Source: Laetmonice hystrix
Lineage: Eukaryota
Reading direction: 5' to 3'
Assembly: GCA_965235115.1 (NCBI GenBank)
Contig: OZ249447.1
Coordinates: 9,858,001 to 9,922,000, forward strand
DNA length: 64,000 nt
Part shown: positions 48,221-60,655 of the stretch, in pieces
How positions within the stretch are numbered: the first letter of the stretch is position 1
Layout: every line of letters starts with the position of its first letter
Position numbers and translations under genes: made by a program
Notes under the pieces: generated by a model
Told to the model about the DNA's origin: nothing
The model's database searches: none
The model's input: the letters and a program-made list of their open reading frames with translations, nothing else

Positions 48221-48840
48221 ACACAGCGCCGATTACAAGTGTTTGGTCCCAGGCTAGACCCGAGGTGTGAATCATACCAACTCACAGCTCCGATTACAAG
48301 TGTTTGGTCCCAGGCTGGATCCGAGGTGTGAATCATACCAACTCACAGCGCCGATTACAACTGTTTGGTATGATCTGGGGCTCGAGGTGTGAATCATACC
48401 AACTCACAGCGCCGATTACAAGTGTTTGGTCCCAGGCTAGACCCGAGGTGTGAATCATACCAACTCACAACGCCGATTACAAGTGTTTGGTCCGAGGCTG
48501 GACCCGAGGTGTGAATCATACCAACTCACAGCGCCGATTACAAGTGTTTGGTCCCAGGCTAGACCCGAGGTGTGAATCATACCAACTCACAGCGCCGATT
48601 ACAAGTGTTTGGTCCCAGGCTAGACCCGAGGTGTGAATCATACCAACTCACTGCGCCGATTACAAGTGTTTGGTCCCAGGCTAGACCCGAGGTGTGAATC
48701 ATACCAACTCACAGCGCTGATTAAAAGTGTTTGGTCCCAAGCTAGACCCGAGGTGTGAATCATACCAACTCACAGCGCCGATTACAACTGTTTGGTATGA
48801 TCTGGGGCTCGAGGTGTGAATCATACCAACTCACAGCAGC
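48221..48840. repeat. 61-bp minisatellite, ~10 copies, two with a substituted centre
   Basis: cacagcgccgattacaagtgtttggtcccaggctagacccgaggtgtgaatcataccaact. Confidence 0.96.
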
Positions 48841-51800
48841 CATGATTACAACAACTCCAAACCACAACCCGCCAACGATAACTAAAATCTCATCTCTATA
48901 CCAGTCAGAGCGAATCCAGCCTCTCACATAGTGGAGACTCTTCACACTCCCAACGGTCTAATTCTACTGAGGCAAATGGGGAGGCGTTCATTTAGCCGAC
49001 ATTTTTTGTCAATCACCAAGCCGTTGCCCACAAAAGGCATTACCAACAATCGTCTTACTCAATTACTGCTCCGTCTGTCAATAAAACGGGGCTCTCAATT
49101 CCACCCAATGTGTTCATAGCCCATTTACCGTTAAAGAGGCACTTTTCATTAATCATGAAGAATGGTGAGCAGAAAAAAATCAGGGGAAACCCCCCTCTTA
49201 TTTCATATCTTTAAGTGCAAAAAAAGTAAGGATTTAAAGACATGTACATTACAAGACGGTAATCATGCTCGCTGAGAGATCGTCCAAGTAAGACAAAATA
49301 AAACATGTATACGCCGTGACAACAATATGGAAAACTCTGGCATTTATAGGTATACTCCTTCTATCAGGTCAACAATCAAGTCGTGAATGATGGGGGTGGT
49401 GGACAAGTAAAAGTCCATATTTGGAGGAAGAGTATGTAATTTTTGTTAGAAACGACCCCATACTGTATTTGTCAGTGCCAGTCAATCAGTGTGCACCTTT
49501 CAAAGGTCCCTCGGTACTACAGCTATCTCAGCTAGGTTTCTTACTCAACCCTGGGACAGGGATATAACTGAATAGAGACGCCTTAATCTTCTGATCGCCA
49601 AGCTGGATAAAATATCCTCTGCCTTCTGGCATAAAGCTCCATTTATACGTCGAGTCCCGTACGCCAGAACTCCGTACCTCCTGGGGGCGGGTACTGAACA
49701 AAGAACCAGGACGGAAGGTAAACTTTGCCAATACTTCCGTGTCCTTCAGACTTCAACACCTCTAATAGCAATGACAGGCCAGTGCACTTGGAAACCTCCT
49801 ACATCACCCCAACCTTTCTCCCATCGTGACTTCCTCCCGGGCAAGATCATGAACATAACAGTGTATCGAGTTCCACAACATGGTAAAACAACGTTTTATT
49901 TCTGTTATTCATTTTCAAAAATATTCTCATTGTATTTGAAGCCGGCGTCGTCTGTGTCTGAACGAACGCCAGGGTTCGCACGCACCACCGGTCCGACTCG
50001 TACGAGGGGATGTAATCACGTGAGTCGTGACATTTCGGACACTCAGGTGTAATACCAGCACCTGAAGCTTTGTTTCCCACGCCAGGTGGTCTAACAACCC
50101 CCCTACCTCAACCCCCACCCCTTCTCCCGACCCCAACCCAGGGTGTAACTGGCCCGACCCTCGGTGCGCGTTGACTCACACCGACAACCATCTACCCCTC
50201 TACCCCAACACGTCGGGTACAAATATCAATGACGGTGCACGGCGATAAATTGAATGTCCCCCCCCCCCCCCGGTCCGCATGCCATAGCCTTTATTGGCAG
50301 TCTAAAAAGGAGGACAACGTACCAATTATCCAATATAAGCCCCTGAAATTGGCATTTTGTGAAATCCAAGCCTCAGCTGAAATGACAATATGAAATCTAC
50401 CTGACAGCCCCCGGCGATCGGGGGGAGAGCTATGAGGGGGGGGGGGGTGTCCCCCTGACTCCATATCCACCGCAGTCTTGCTAGAAGCATGTAATTATAA
50501 AGATTGCGAAATTGTTCGAAAGTGTCGCTGCAGACAAGTAGACGGGCAGGCGGAGGTGTTATAAAATTATCAAATGCCATGAATAGCCCGCAGGCAAAAT
50601 CTGTCAGTGCATTGCCATGGCAGGCCGTACACGCCAGCAACCCGTTCATCTCTACTGCTGCAATATGGACAAAACAGAAAACAAGCTATGAAAAGAACAA
50701 GAGACAGACAGGGGGCGCGAAGAAAACATATTTCTAAAAGAGCAACGATTTGCCGAGGTGAGGACTGATTTTATATCTCACTCCGCTCTCTCTGACTTAA
50801 TTACTGATACTCGTATTACAAACAACTGCAAACGGCGGCGAGACGACTATTGAACATGAGGCTCGAGTTGCTGACCCCACCCCTTCCTGCAGTAAACCTC
50901 CTGCACCCTTCCAGTCACATCGTTTCTCTTCCATAATTCAGCATGAAGCCATGACATTGCAATTACCAAAGGAGCCTTCCAATATCATAAAAGTAGATAT
51001 TACATGGATATTGGTCCATTTAGAAGTCATTTCGCAAGACAGTCTCATTGCACTGTCTTCAAATTCACTTTCAGACCTGAAACACTCGTCGAATCGTAGT
51101 GTCGAATCGTAGTACCGTTCGCCCAATAATATAATGCTCACATTTCAAGATGATAATATGTTGTAAAATATCATATTTACTTGTCAGAACTTTTCAGCGA
51201 GCCAACATACAATCAAAGGGTTGGAGATACGATAAGACCTACATAAAATAAAAACTAAATAAGACTAACGAGTTCGGCTAGATAATGGCCAAGTGAATGT
51301 CTCCAAGACTCAGTCCAATCTAAATGAGCAAGTCGTTACCAATGGACGTTTTCTCCACAGACAATCCTCAACTCTACTTCATCATTCCACTTTCCTCCTT
51401 ATCTCTACAGCGCTCTGGGATTCCATGTAATGATTTGTTACAGTTTCACTCTCCGATCTGGCATTCTAGCCTGATTAAAAACCCTAGCTTGATCATATAA
51501 TGACTGTAATTTGTGGAATTTCCCTAGATTATTTTTAATTCTTGCAGGGCAGGCAGCGCTTTGGCGTCGCGTCTATCAATTCCCAGATGTGCCCGTTATA
51601 GCATGCACGGCTGGATTTGTCCTGGGGCCCCGTTAGGGGGGGGGGGGCGACTCCTTCCTGGGACATGGGGAGGGGGGCCCTGGAGGGGGCAGCTTTGTCG
51701 GGTGATCCACCCCACAGGGGTACACCACATGGCATGGGGAGAACAGCCCCTGTCATCTTCACAAGCTAACATTATCATGCAAATCTACCATTTGGCCACT

Positions 51801-52720
51801 TAGCAGCTCAAACGGGTAAAACGGTTTGCTGAAGCCCGATTACGTACGACTAATACAAATTGGTTTCGACAGGACCAGAACAATAGGTGTGGAAAAGGCA
51901 ACACTTACAAAGGCCGACACTTGAAGCGATGGCGGGTCTTTCTTTCTGTAACAAACCAAACAAAAACGCCACATGTCAGCCAAAAGTCCAGTGACACTGA
52001 AAATACTGTGTTGAAAGCAAATACAGTTCTAAGTGACTTCAAAAGGTCAACGGAGGCAGTTGTGAGGTTTAATGAGACAGACCGTAAGATACCTCAGGTA
52101 AACCGACCCAGGCCACAGCAAAATGCATTTAACTACTGTAGTTTTAAAAACTAGTAAGGTGAAATATACGGATATAATAATTATCTAGTACTCAATACTA
52201 CAATCACAATATCCTGTATCGCCCTCTGAACAAAAGGTTGGGAGAAAGATTGATAATTCAGTCTGGGCGTCATGGAAGCTCTAATTATAGCGGTATAATT
52301 CAATCACATGCCCACTAAACAGGTCAACATAGAAAGATGTTTAATCTAAAGCGAGCAGACATTACTTTCATTTGGCTGATTCCCAACATCACGTCTGCAA
52401 TTCACCCGCATTAACAAACAAATCGTCAACGTACAAAAAGTTTCACACAGAACAACAGATATATTAAACTGATAGAAATTATTATTTTTAAATCAGACCG
52501 ATGAATCACAAATTATTTTGCATGAGACTGATAAATCATGAAATTTCTCATCCCAAAACTAAATCTTCGGTCCCTTTTCCAAGAGAGTGAGGTACAAAAT
52601 AAAATAGAATCTCTCCAGGCCGTGAAGTCCTCCAGGCGGTTTAACTGTTTCTAACTCAATATTCCTAACATGGAGAAACCCAAGAGACTTGAAGATACAC
52701 GCCCTCTATACATCAGTTAG

Positions 52721-53248
52721 ACCTCCCAGCTCTGTATCTCGATATATCTACTGCCTCCTGATCATTCACTCACTCTGGGACCTCCCAGCTCTGTATCCTT
52801 TCCTAGATATATCTACTGCCTCCTGATCATCCACTCACTCTGGGACCTCCCAGCTCTGTATCCTTGTCTAGATACGAGAAACTCGTATATCTACTGCATA
52901 CTGATCATTCACTCACTCTGGGACCTCCCAGCTCTGTATCCTTGCCTAGATACGAGAAACTCGTATATCTACTGCATACTGATCATTCACTCACTCTGGG
53001 ACCTCCCAGCTCTGTATCCTTGCCTAGATACGAGAAACTCGTATATCTACTGCATACTGATCATTCACTCACTCTGGGACCTCCCAGCTCTGTATCCTTG
53101 CCTAGATATATCTACTGCCTCCTGATCATCACTCACTCTGGGACCTCCCAGCTCTGTATCCTTTCCTAGATATATCTACTGCCTCCTGATCATTCATTCA
53201 CTATGGGGCCTCCCAGCTCTGTATCCTTGCGTAGATATATCTACTGCA
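52721..53248. repeat. 65/78-bp minisatellite, 8 units; units 3-5 carry a 13-bp insertion
   Basis: acctcccagctctgtatcctt(g/t)cctagata[cgagaaactcgta]tatctactgc...cactcactctggg. Confidence 0.95.
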
Positions 53249-55322
53249 ACCATTCATTATGGACCAGCTGCAGTCAGACTCCATTTATTCCTCCGACAGG
53301 AGGGGAAATGGTCCCAACACAGGTTTGTCAACTCAATTCAATTTAAACTGACATATCATGCTGGCAAATCATCTCTGGCTTTTCTCTCTGTGTGGTTGGA
53401 GTTATGAAATATTTAGGGATACAACACCATGGCGGAGTAAAACGTGTAAATATATAATGTGACCTACCTGGGCTCTTACTGTAGCGGTTAATTCCCACCA
53501 CTGCCTCAATATCTCTATCCTGCCACTCCTACGGCTTTCAGTTCACAAATCATTCTATTGTCTGATGCTAACAGTAGGTAAATTACTCCTCATGTCCGGG
53601 TCAGTCTGTGGAATATTTACTGGACTCTCGAATATTTATGATTATATTTCAATATTCCTGATGATATCAATATCCACGCTTGATTGATCCAGCTCTAAAG
53701 GATACTGAGCGAATCTTTCCGTGGATGATGACATTTATACCAAGGAACAATAACAAACCCCCTCATTGTTTCTCATCTGACTAATTTAGATCTACGACGG
53801 GCCCTTTTTCACATTGCCTGTTTTAGTTGGATTCAAGCGATAATCTTTATCTATCAATATCTGGGTGGTCCGATCGTGTTCCCGCAAGGCGAGTGTTATC
53901 TATTGTAAGAGTGGGCCATTCTGGCCACGAGCAACTGAACTGTGCACTTGTACTACAATAGAGCAATAACTTGTACTACAATAGACCAATAACCCTGGCC
54001 AGGGCTATCATTACCGTGGTGCTGCCTGAATGGGTTGAACGGTGGCCAATTGGAAATACTTAATAAAGTGAAATATTGCCTTTATGTGAGGCGGCTGTAA
54101 TGACGTGTTGTTGGGAGAACGTCAGGGGGTCCAGCAGTGCACGCTCCGAGTGCACGCTTACCAAATGTTTTAGTCAGCTCCTCTATTTTGGCCAACTGGT
54201 TCCTTGCTCCAATCTTTTCAATGCTATGGTTTCTGTCTCTATAATTTACAACCGAACGGAAAGCTGTTGAATGGCTGTCGTTATTTCAATGGTTTTTGAT
54301 CTTACACATCGAGTGTTCTGAAAGCAGCGGGTATTTCAGTACGGCGAAAGGGAGACGTTTCTACTCAACACTAGCCACAGGCTTTCTGTCCCTACCCTCC
54401 TTCACCAATTCACATTGACTAAAGTCAGTCCCCTCGTGGCCATTGCTCTCTGACAACGATTCATATCCTATCTATACATTGGAATGTAACAAGGTCTTTT
54501 TGCTCTATTCTCCTTTGTGTCCCGGGTGGAGATAGTGTATGAAGTTGCGGTCTCCACGGAGCAGAACCCTCTGAAATTGGCCAAAGTTTGTTGTGAATTG
54601 GTTTCGATTAGAAGGTTGAAAAGGTTTAGCCAGAATCAATGCTCTCCATTGATTAAATGTGCACCGAAGCACAAAGAAGTCTCAATGCAGGTTTTTATTT
54701 TTAAATCGCAAGATTCAGTGAGGCAAGTCAAACTGCAATCATCAGTCAATAGCATTTCTGTGAATCTATATAAATTCGGAGTGATTTATGGTTTGAGACA
54801 GACTTTCTGGTACGTTAAGCGGTTATTGTGCCATTTCTCCTACAATTTACACGGCGGCTTGTCACTTGCCCATGAAAAACGACCAGATAGTCTGTATCGC
54901 TGTCTTCCAGTATAGTCCCTACTGTCTCATAGCACCAGCTTTTTCCACACTCTCTTGTCCTGTGAAATGTTACGCAGCCCCTCCTACTTATAAATTACAT
55001 ATCAATAGGTATTTCGCGTGATCGCAGTCTCTCATTAACACCCTAAAGTGACTGCGACAGAAAACACATGAAAACAGTTAAATGAACGAGTCAAGCGAGA
55101 AACGCCCTAAATACGACTGGAAATGTAATATCAGAAAAAAATTCTGCATGGAGAATGAGTTGTTGGTTGGCGTCCCCTGTGACATGGGCCTCTGGAGGTG
55201 AGAGCCCCCGGTAGATGTGTATCTAATCTGTGACCGGCTGGAGGTGGTAGAACCCTGGTAATGACGTCGTAATAAGCGCCCACTGTCGCCACCGCCCGCC
55301 GCCACAGTCTGATTCCCTGTCA

Positions 55323-55480
55323 GGCACACACGTTCTGACTGTGGAGTCGGCCGACTATCCCCGACTAAACATTCGATATGTGTATTCGGGACATCTCCTG
55401 GCTACTCCCGACCAGTCATTTAGTCGGGAACTATTCCGCTGGGTGCAGTCGGCCGACTGCACAGTTGGTGCGTGTATGCC
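55323..55480. mobile_element. 158-bp MITE with ~34-bp imperfect TIRs
   Basis: ggcacacacgttctgactgtggagtcggccgact vs revcomp of right end ggcatacacgcaccaactgtgcagtcggccgact; inner ccgactaaa/tttagtcgg inverted pair. Confidence 0.75.
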
Positions 55481-57087
55481 GGGTTAGTCAAACCACCAGT
55501 ACCGTTTCACGCACTGTGGGTCTCCACTGGAGCGTGGCGGGATTAGGGGATAATGAGAACACCCGGGCCTCAAGTGGAGGTCTACGCATTCCTAACTCCA
55601 AAAAACTCCTTGGTAGGGTTGGGGGCGGGGGCGGGGGGAGGGTAGTCCCATGGTAATTTAGACTGAAGAATATTCCTCTGCAGCCAGGCTTTCGGGTGTT
55701 GATATCCTACAGGTATAGAAGGACGTTGGGAACTTTAAAAAAGCCCCGGGATCCAATGGGAAGAATTTGAAAGGCGGGGTTCAAGTGAAACTCAACTTTA
55801 AAGAACATCCCAACGCCCTAGACCTACCCTCCCCTTATAGTACGGGCTGTACAATTCCTGTAAGCATAACACTGAACAACAAACCACATGAAATACATCG
55901 GCATCTGAATCAAATGTAACAGAAAATCAACTTTTTCTTCCCATTGTTCGTATAAACCTTTGCGGAGAACGCTCGTCCTTTGTGCTTTAATAAGGAAAAC
56001 AATTTATTAGTCAGTTTTGGAGTGATTAGGTAAAAAATCCACCAACCACTTAGCGTGTGCTTTTTGCGCGGCTATCTTTGATGTTGATTCCGTTTCTATG
56101 TTGAGCATCGCCTCTGACATCCATGCATTCTAATTATCCATATTAACTGTGACGTTATTAGTAGTACGTTAATTGACCACAAACTAATAATAACAAAGTA
56201 AGAGGACTCTATGGTCAGCCTCGACCCCTGCACCCCAACCCCCAACCCCCAACCCCCTTGACCATTCTCGCCTCCACTGGAAGATTCTGTGGCTCAGCTG
56301 TTCCTAAAACTGGACTTCTTTGATTACAGATTCAAATATGGAAAACGGCTTCTCCTCCTCTTCTTCCTTCTCCTCCTCCTCCTCCTCCTGCTCGCTTCAC
56401 AATGGCTCCCATTTGTCCGGAGTTGAGCCCGCTTTCTCCAGCGTGAATGACTTTAAATCCCAGATGGTCGGGAGCCATCAAAACGTACCGGGTAATGAGG
56501 CATGGAGATCCACAGTATCCCAGACAGAGCCAGGAATCTTGGACTGGGTCCTTGCGGGCCCATTATAGAATATCCCATCCCCCTGCCTCTCTGGCTCACA
56601 CCCCTACATGTCAGCCATCTACTCAAACAGTCGACAATATTAACTGACCAAGGCGCCAAGGAATATATCCTGCCTTGTTATTACATAATGTCCATAATTA
56701 TAATTATAAAACCATGCTTAATTGTAATTAGTCATCCGATTTCTCCCTAGATGCCGGTAGGTGGCACTGCTAGGTGGATGTAAAGTTGGCGAGTTGGCAA
56801 GCAGTGCCCCCGACTTGGAGTCAATGTGAATGAGCGAGTGTGTGTTTGAGAACAAATGTAAGCTCGATCGAGACTGATTAATAACTTTTACTTTTACTTT
56901 TGTTCTTGTTTGTTTCTTATCGGAATCATCGGGTCAGGGAATGGCGCGGATAACTATAAATGGTTTGTATGATAGGCACATTGATTAATGAGCTTTCTCT
57001 TTCCTTGGTGAGGTGGAGGTAAGAACATTTTTGTTTTAATCTGTACGTCGGCTCTCCGCACACTGAGACTGTCTGACGTTTGACCTC

Positions 57088-57260
57088 CATACGTCACTGC
57101 CGGGACACGGCCACAGAGTGACGTCAGCCTGAGCGTTTGGCGCGTGACGTGGTCGGCCTGAACTAGGCGTTCCTTCCTCCAGCGTCCATTGGCTCGTCTC
57201 GTGAAGGAGAAACCGTTCTCCGACTGACTGATGGCTTCACGTTGGCCGTCTCTTAGTTCG
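57088..57260. promoter_or_regulatory. CpG-rich motif cluster: TGACGTCA (CRE) near 57119, TGACGT half-sites, inverted CCAAT (ATTGG) near 57188
   Basis: Motifs seen directly; function and direction inferred. Confidence 0.35.
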
Positions 57261-58898
57261 AAAATCAATGCCGCTTCCCGTCATCCACTCTGCCCCTGGG
57301 GTCGGTATCATGGCGGCATCACCAGCCCGGATCAAAGAAATCGGCAGCAAAAACCTCCAGATATTGGCAAATACCGAACAATTCGGCCCCAGTGCTGGCC
57401 ATGTTGTCCTTTTGTGGCCGAACCATCTGCCGCTGTAGCTCGGATATCAAAGTGGCACAGTGTCCCCCTCTTGCGGGCGGCGTGTTGGTGGAAGCCAAAC
57501 GCTTTATCAGATGGGACAGGGTTTGGGCACTCTACCGAGTTGGGAACACTTCGGACAACATGACATATTGCACTGCTCAGCAATTCATAATTCCGCTCTG
57601 TAGTAACCATAAAAAACTGCAATCCAAGATCTATCCTTTCGGTTTTACCAAATACCCCAGCATGGACCCCATTTAGTCCTGGTAACTTCAATATCAAACT
57701 GCTACATCATTTCATATGACACTGTTATAATAATAATAATAATATACCATGGAATTGCTCATCTCCATAAAAAATGCTCTCAATGTAATACAAGTTCACG
57801 GGAAGCATGGTCTCCACCAGCTGTGCAGAGCAAACTCAAGAGGCTCAGTCATTTCGGTACGTCAAGGAGTTGGAGGGAAGTTTGGTATAATTCATACAAT
57901 ACATTTGTACCTGTTTTATAAGGTTTCAGGATTCAGATTCAGGTTTTGATTAATCTCCGTCATGTTTTAGACAACTCTTAATTGTGTTTCACCTTTTTCT
58001 CCTGTACTTTAAAAAATCCAGGTTTTTCTCCACTGAAAAATGCCACGGCGCAAGATAGCTATGTTATCTTCAGAAAACCAGGCGCTTGGAGAACCAACCC
58101 ATCAGAAGCACCTCCCTTCCACCCACCCACCCACCCCGTCCCCCTGCCCACACGACGGGCCGTGAAGGTCCCTCCCACCCACCCCGTCCCCCTGCCCGCC
58201 AACGGGCTGTGAAGGTCTCCTCTGATTTGGAGTGCCCCATTTCCTACGGCACCATACCATGGGCATTACGCTAATGAAGCGGCGATCCGTCTTTAGCCAT
58301 TTCGCAGTGGCCCCTACTTGGCAGTAGCCACTGCCAACCGTTTTATTTCAGCCCTGTTCCTGTCACCTGACGGTCCGTGTCTGCCTAGAACATAACTCGG
58401 ACTGAGCTCTTGGAGTCACTCACTGTAAACCCACACGGACAGGATCAGTCAAAGAGAGACTTCGTGTAAACGCGAATCTGGACCTTCTTTTGTTATGTGG
58501 GTCTGTGTAGGAACGGGTTAGCAGACAGAAAAAGGCGTAACAGGATATAATTAACGTGAAGAACCAGACCTTTCTCTGAAAAGAAAACTTGAACTGTCAA
58601 AAATGAGCGTAAAGCCGATTTTGTCCAACTCGAGTCGGTAACCATGGTTCGCGACTTCTCCTGACTGCAGTTAGCGCAAATGAAAAACGAATCGGGAACC
58701 AAGCGGCTCGGCGGCAGTTGACCAACATGGGGACAATGTGCGTTGTTCCCGATTACGGCCGACTGTCGTCGGCTTTCCTGGCTCAGGAGATCAATCATGC
58801 CTCGAGTTCTGTTTGAGTTACGAATTGTTCCTATAACTGACCGGTTACTGACCCACTGACTGGCCTGGGGAACAGTTATACACCAAGTCCCCACTTAC

Positions 58899-59170
58899 CG
58901 GCCTGGCAAACAGGTACGGATCAAAGTAACTGTGATCAAGCCGTGCAGTATGACTCATACCATTAGAGACTGTCACAGCTGACCAAACACACAGGTGGAA
59001 CTGCCAGGAGCGACAACTTGAGCGAATCCAAGCAAGGTACCAGTGATGGAATGAACCACAAATATCACCACTCACAATGTCAATAATCAATCTACGATCG
59101 TGTCCTACAACGAGTGCCGTCCATGACAGAACAACTCTCGCTCTAAGTAATACGACCGTTAATCTCAAAG
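58899..59170 (-). other. Candidate first / 5' UTR exon (donor CCG|GTAAGT at 58899/58898)
   Basis: Consensus donor on the plexin strand, with a GC-rich run further upstream (59405-59425). The 5' boundary is arbitrary. Confidence 0.25.
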
Positions 59171-60461
59171 GTACTCGGGGAGGGTGGGACTCACTGTCCT
59201 CAAAACCCCAATACTACTAAGTTAGTTTTCCTTATTTCTAAATCAAACTCCTCCCGCTGCTTCTATTTGCCACGACATCCATATTTTCCCGACCTTATAC
59301 TCCTATCCCAACCTCGCCTTGAGTCCCTGCGGTATTGTAGCCGTGTCTGTCCTATTATCATCTCCGATTACCCAACAGACCTGCTGACAACCTTTCAATT
59401 CACGGCGCGGGCCGGGGGGGGGGGGACTCAACGCCTGCAAACTACAACAACAGAATGTACCTCTTCCTGGAGAGAAATATGACCAACGCTATCGTAGACG
59501 TATATAGATCCCCTGTAGGTCTGCCTTAACGCTGTCCCAGCTATATCGTGAATCTGTTAACATCCGATAATATCATCTATATATAACAACTGCGACTGGC
59601 ATTCCTGAGTATGTCTCAGTTGTATGTTCTCAGGTCTCAGGGAGCAATCACTAGCACTGTAAGTAAGCGAAAAGGATCGCATGACAATTTTACATGTAAT
59701 GAACAATGACTTTGAATCATCTGCCAGATATGCTGCTAGTAAAACGTAATCTGGCTGACCTAAGTGTACATGTAAATAGTCCATCTCACATTTCGCAGGT
59801 CAGGATATGAGCTGTGTATCACATAACAGACTGAGGATGTGAATTCCTGACCTGTTTACTCACAGGATAACTGACCTTAAGTCGTGTTCACACTTCTATG
59901 ATGAGGGTCGGTAATCCACAAACATAGATTACATGATGTTATGACCGCACGCAGCAGACACCAGCCGTGGTGACATAATGCGGTATTTCCTGTCATCATC
60001 CACAACTTGACAAATACACCACGTTCTCTCTGGTCACGTGTCTGACCCCTGCTGACCCCCACCTGTCCGGACCAGCCTCATCATCAACTTGTCTCAAACC
60101 GAGTGATCGCCAGGTGTCTCGGTCTCAGCCATCCGACCCCAGCGCACCGGGGCGCTGCCCCTTTCAATATATAAATCGCGTATTTATATAAATCGTTGGA
60201 TTTTAGAATTCTAGATTGAAAAATGTAAGTACGTCGACAAACAATACTTGGACACAATTTGATACATCAAACCCCAACCGCTGACTGATTAGACATAGCT
60301 TGATAGCTTATAGGCGGAAAGCTCAGCACAGCGGAAGGCTCCGACCGCGACACCGGCCTCCTGCGGTTGCGGATGCGGTTGTGTCCACTCTCCGTCCACT
60401 CTCCAGGCATGAATATACGGCGGGACGTCCCGGGACGATTTGTGGTTGACATGGTCTGTCC

Positions 60462-60655
60462 GTCCGGCCGGTCGTCCGGCAGGTCGTCCGGCAGGTCGTC
60501 CGGCAGGTCGTCCGGCAGGTCGTCCGGCAGGCCGTCCGGCAGGTCGTCCGGCAGGTCGTCCGGCAGGTCGTCCGGCAGGCCGCCCGGCAGGTCGTTCGGC
60601 AGGCCGCCCGGCAGGCCGCCCGGCAGGCCGCCCGGCAGGCCGTCCGGCAGGCCTA
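60462..60655. repeat. 12-bp GC-rich repeat (ccggcaggtcgt / ccggcaggccgc), ~16 copies
   Basis: Direct inspection. Confidence 0.95.

Noticed and set aside
59480-59784. LLYIDDII and nearby LQ.DL-like sequence resembling a LINE reverse transcriptase
   Set aside because: Followed directly by a stop, no (Y/F)ADD motif, needs frameshifts; too weak without a profile search (a tBLASTn/Dfam hit would revive it).
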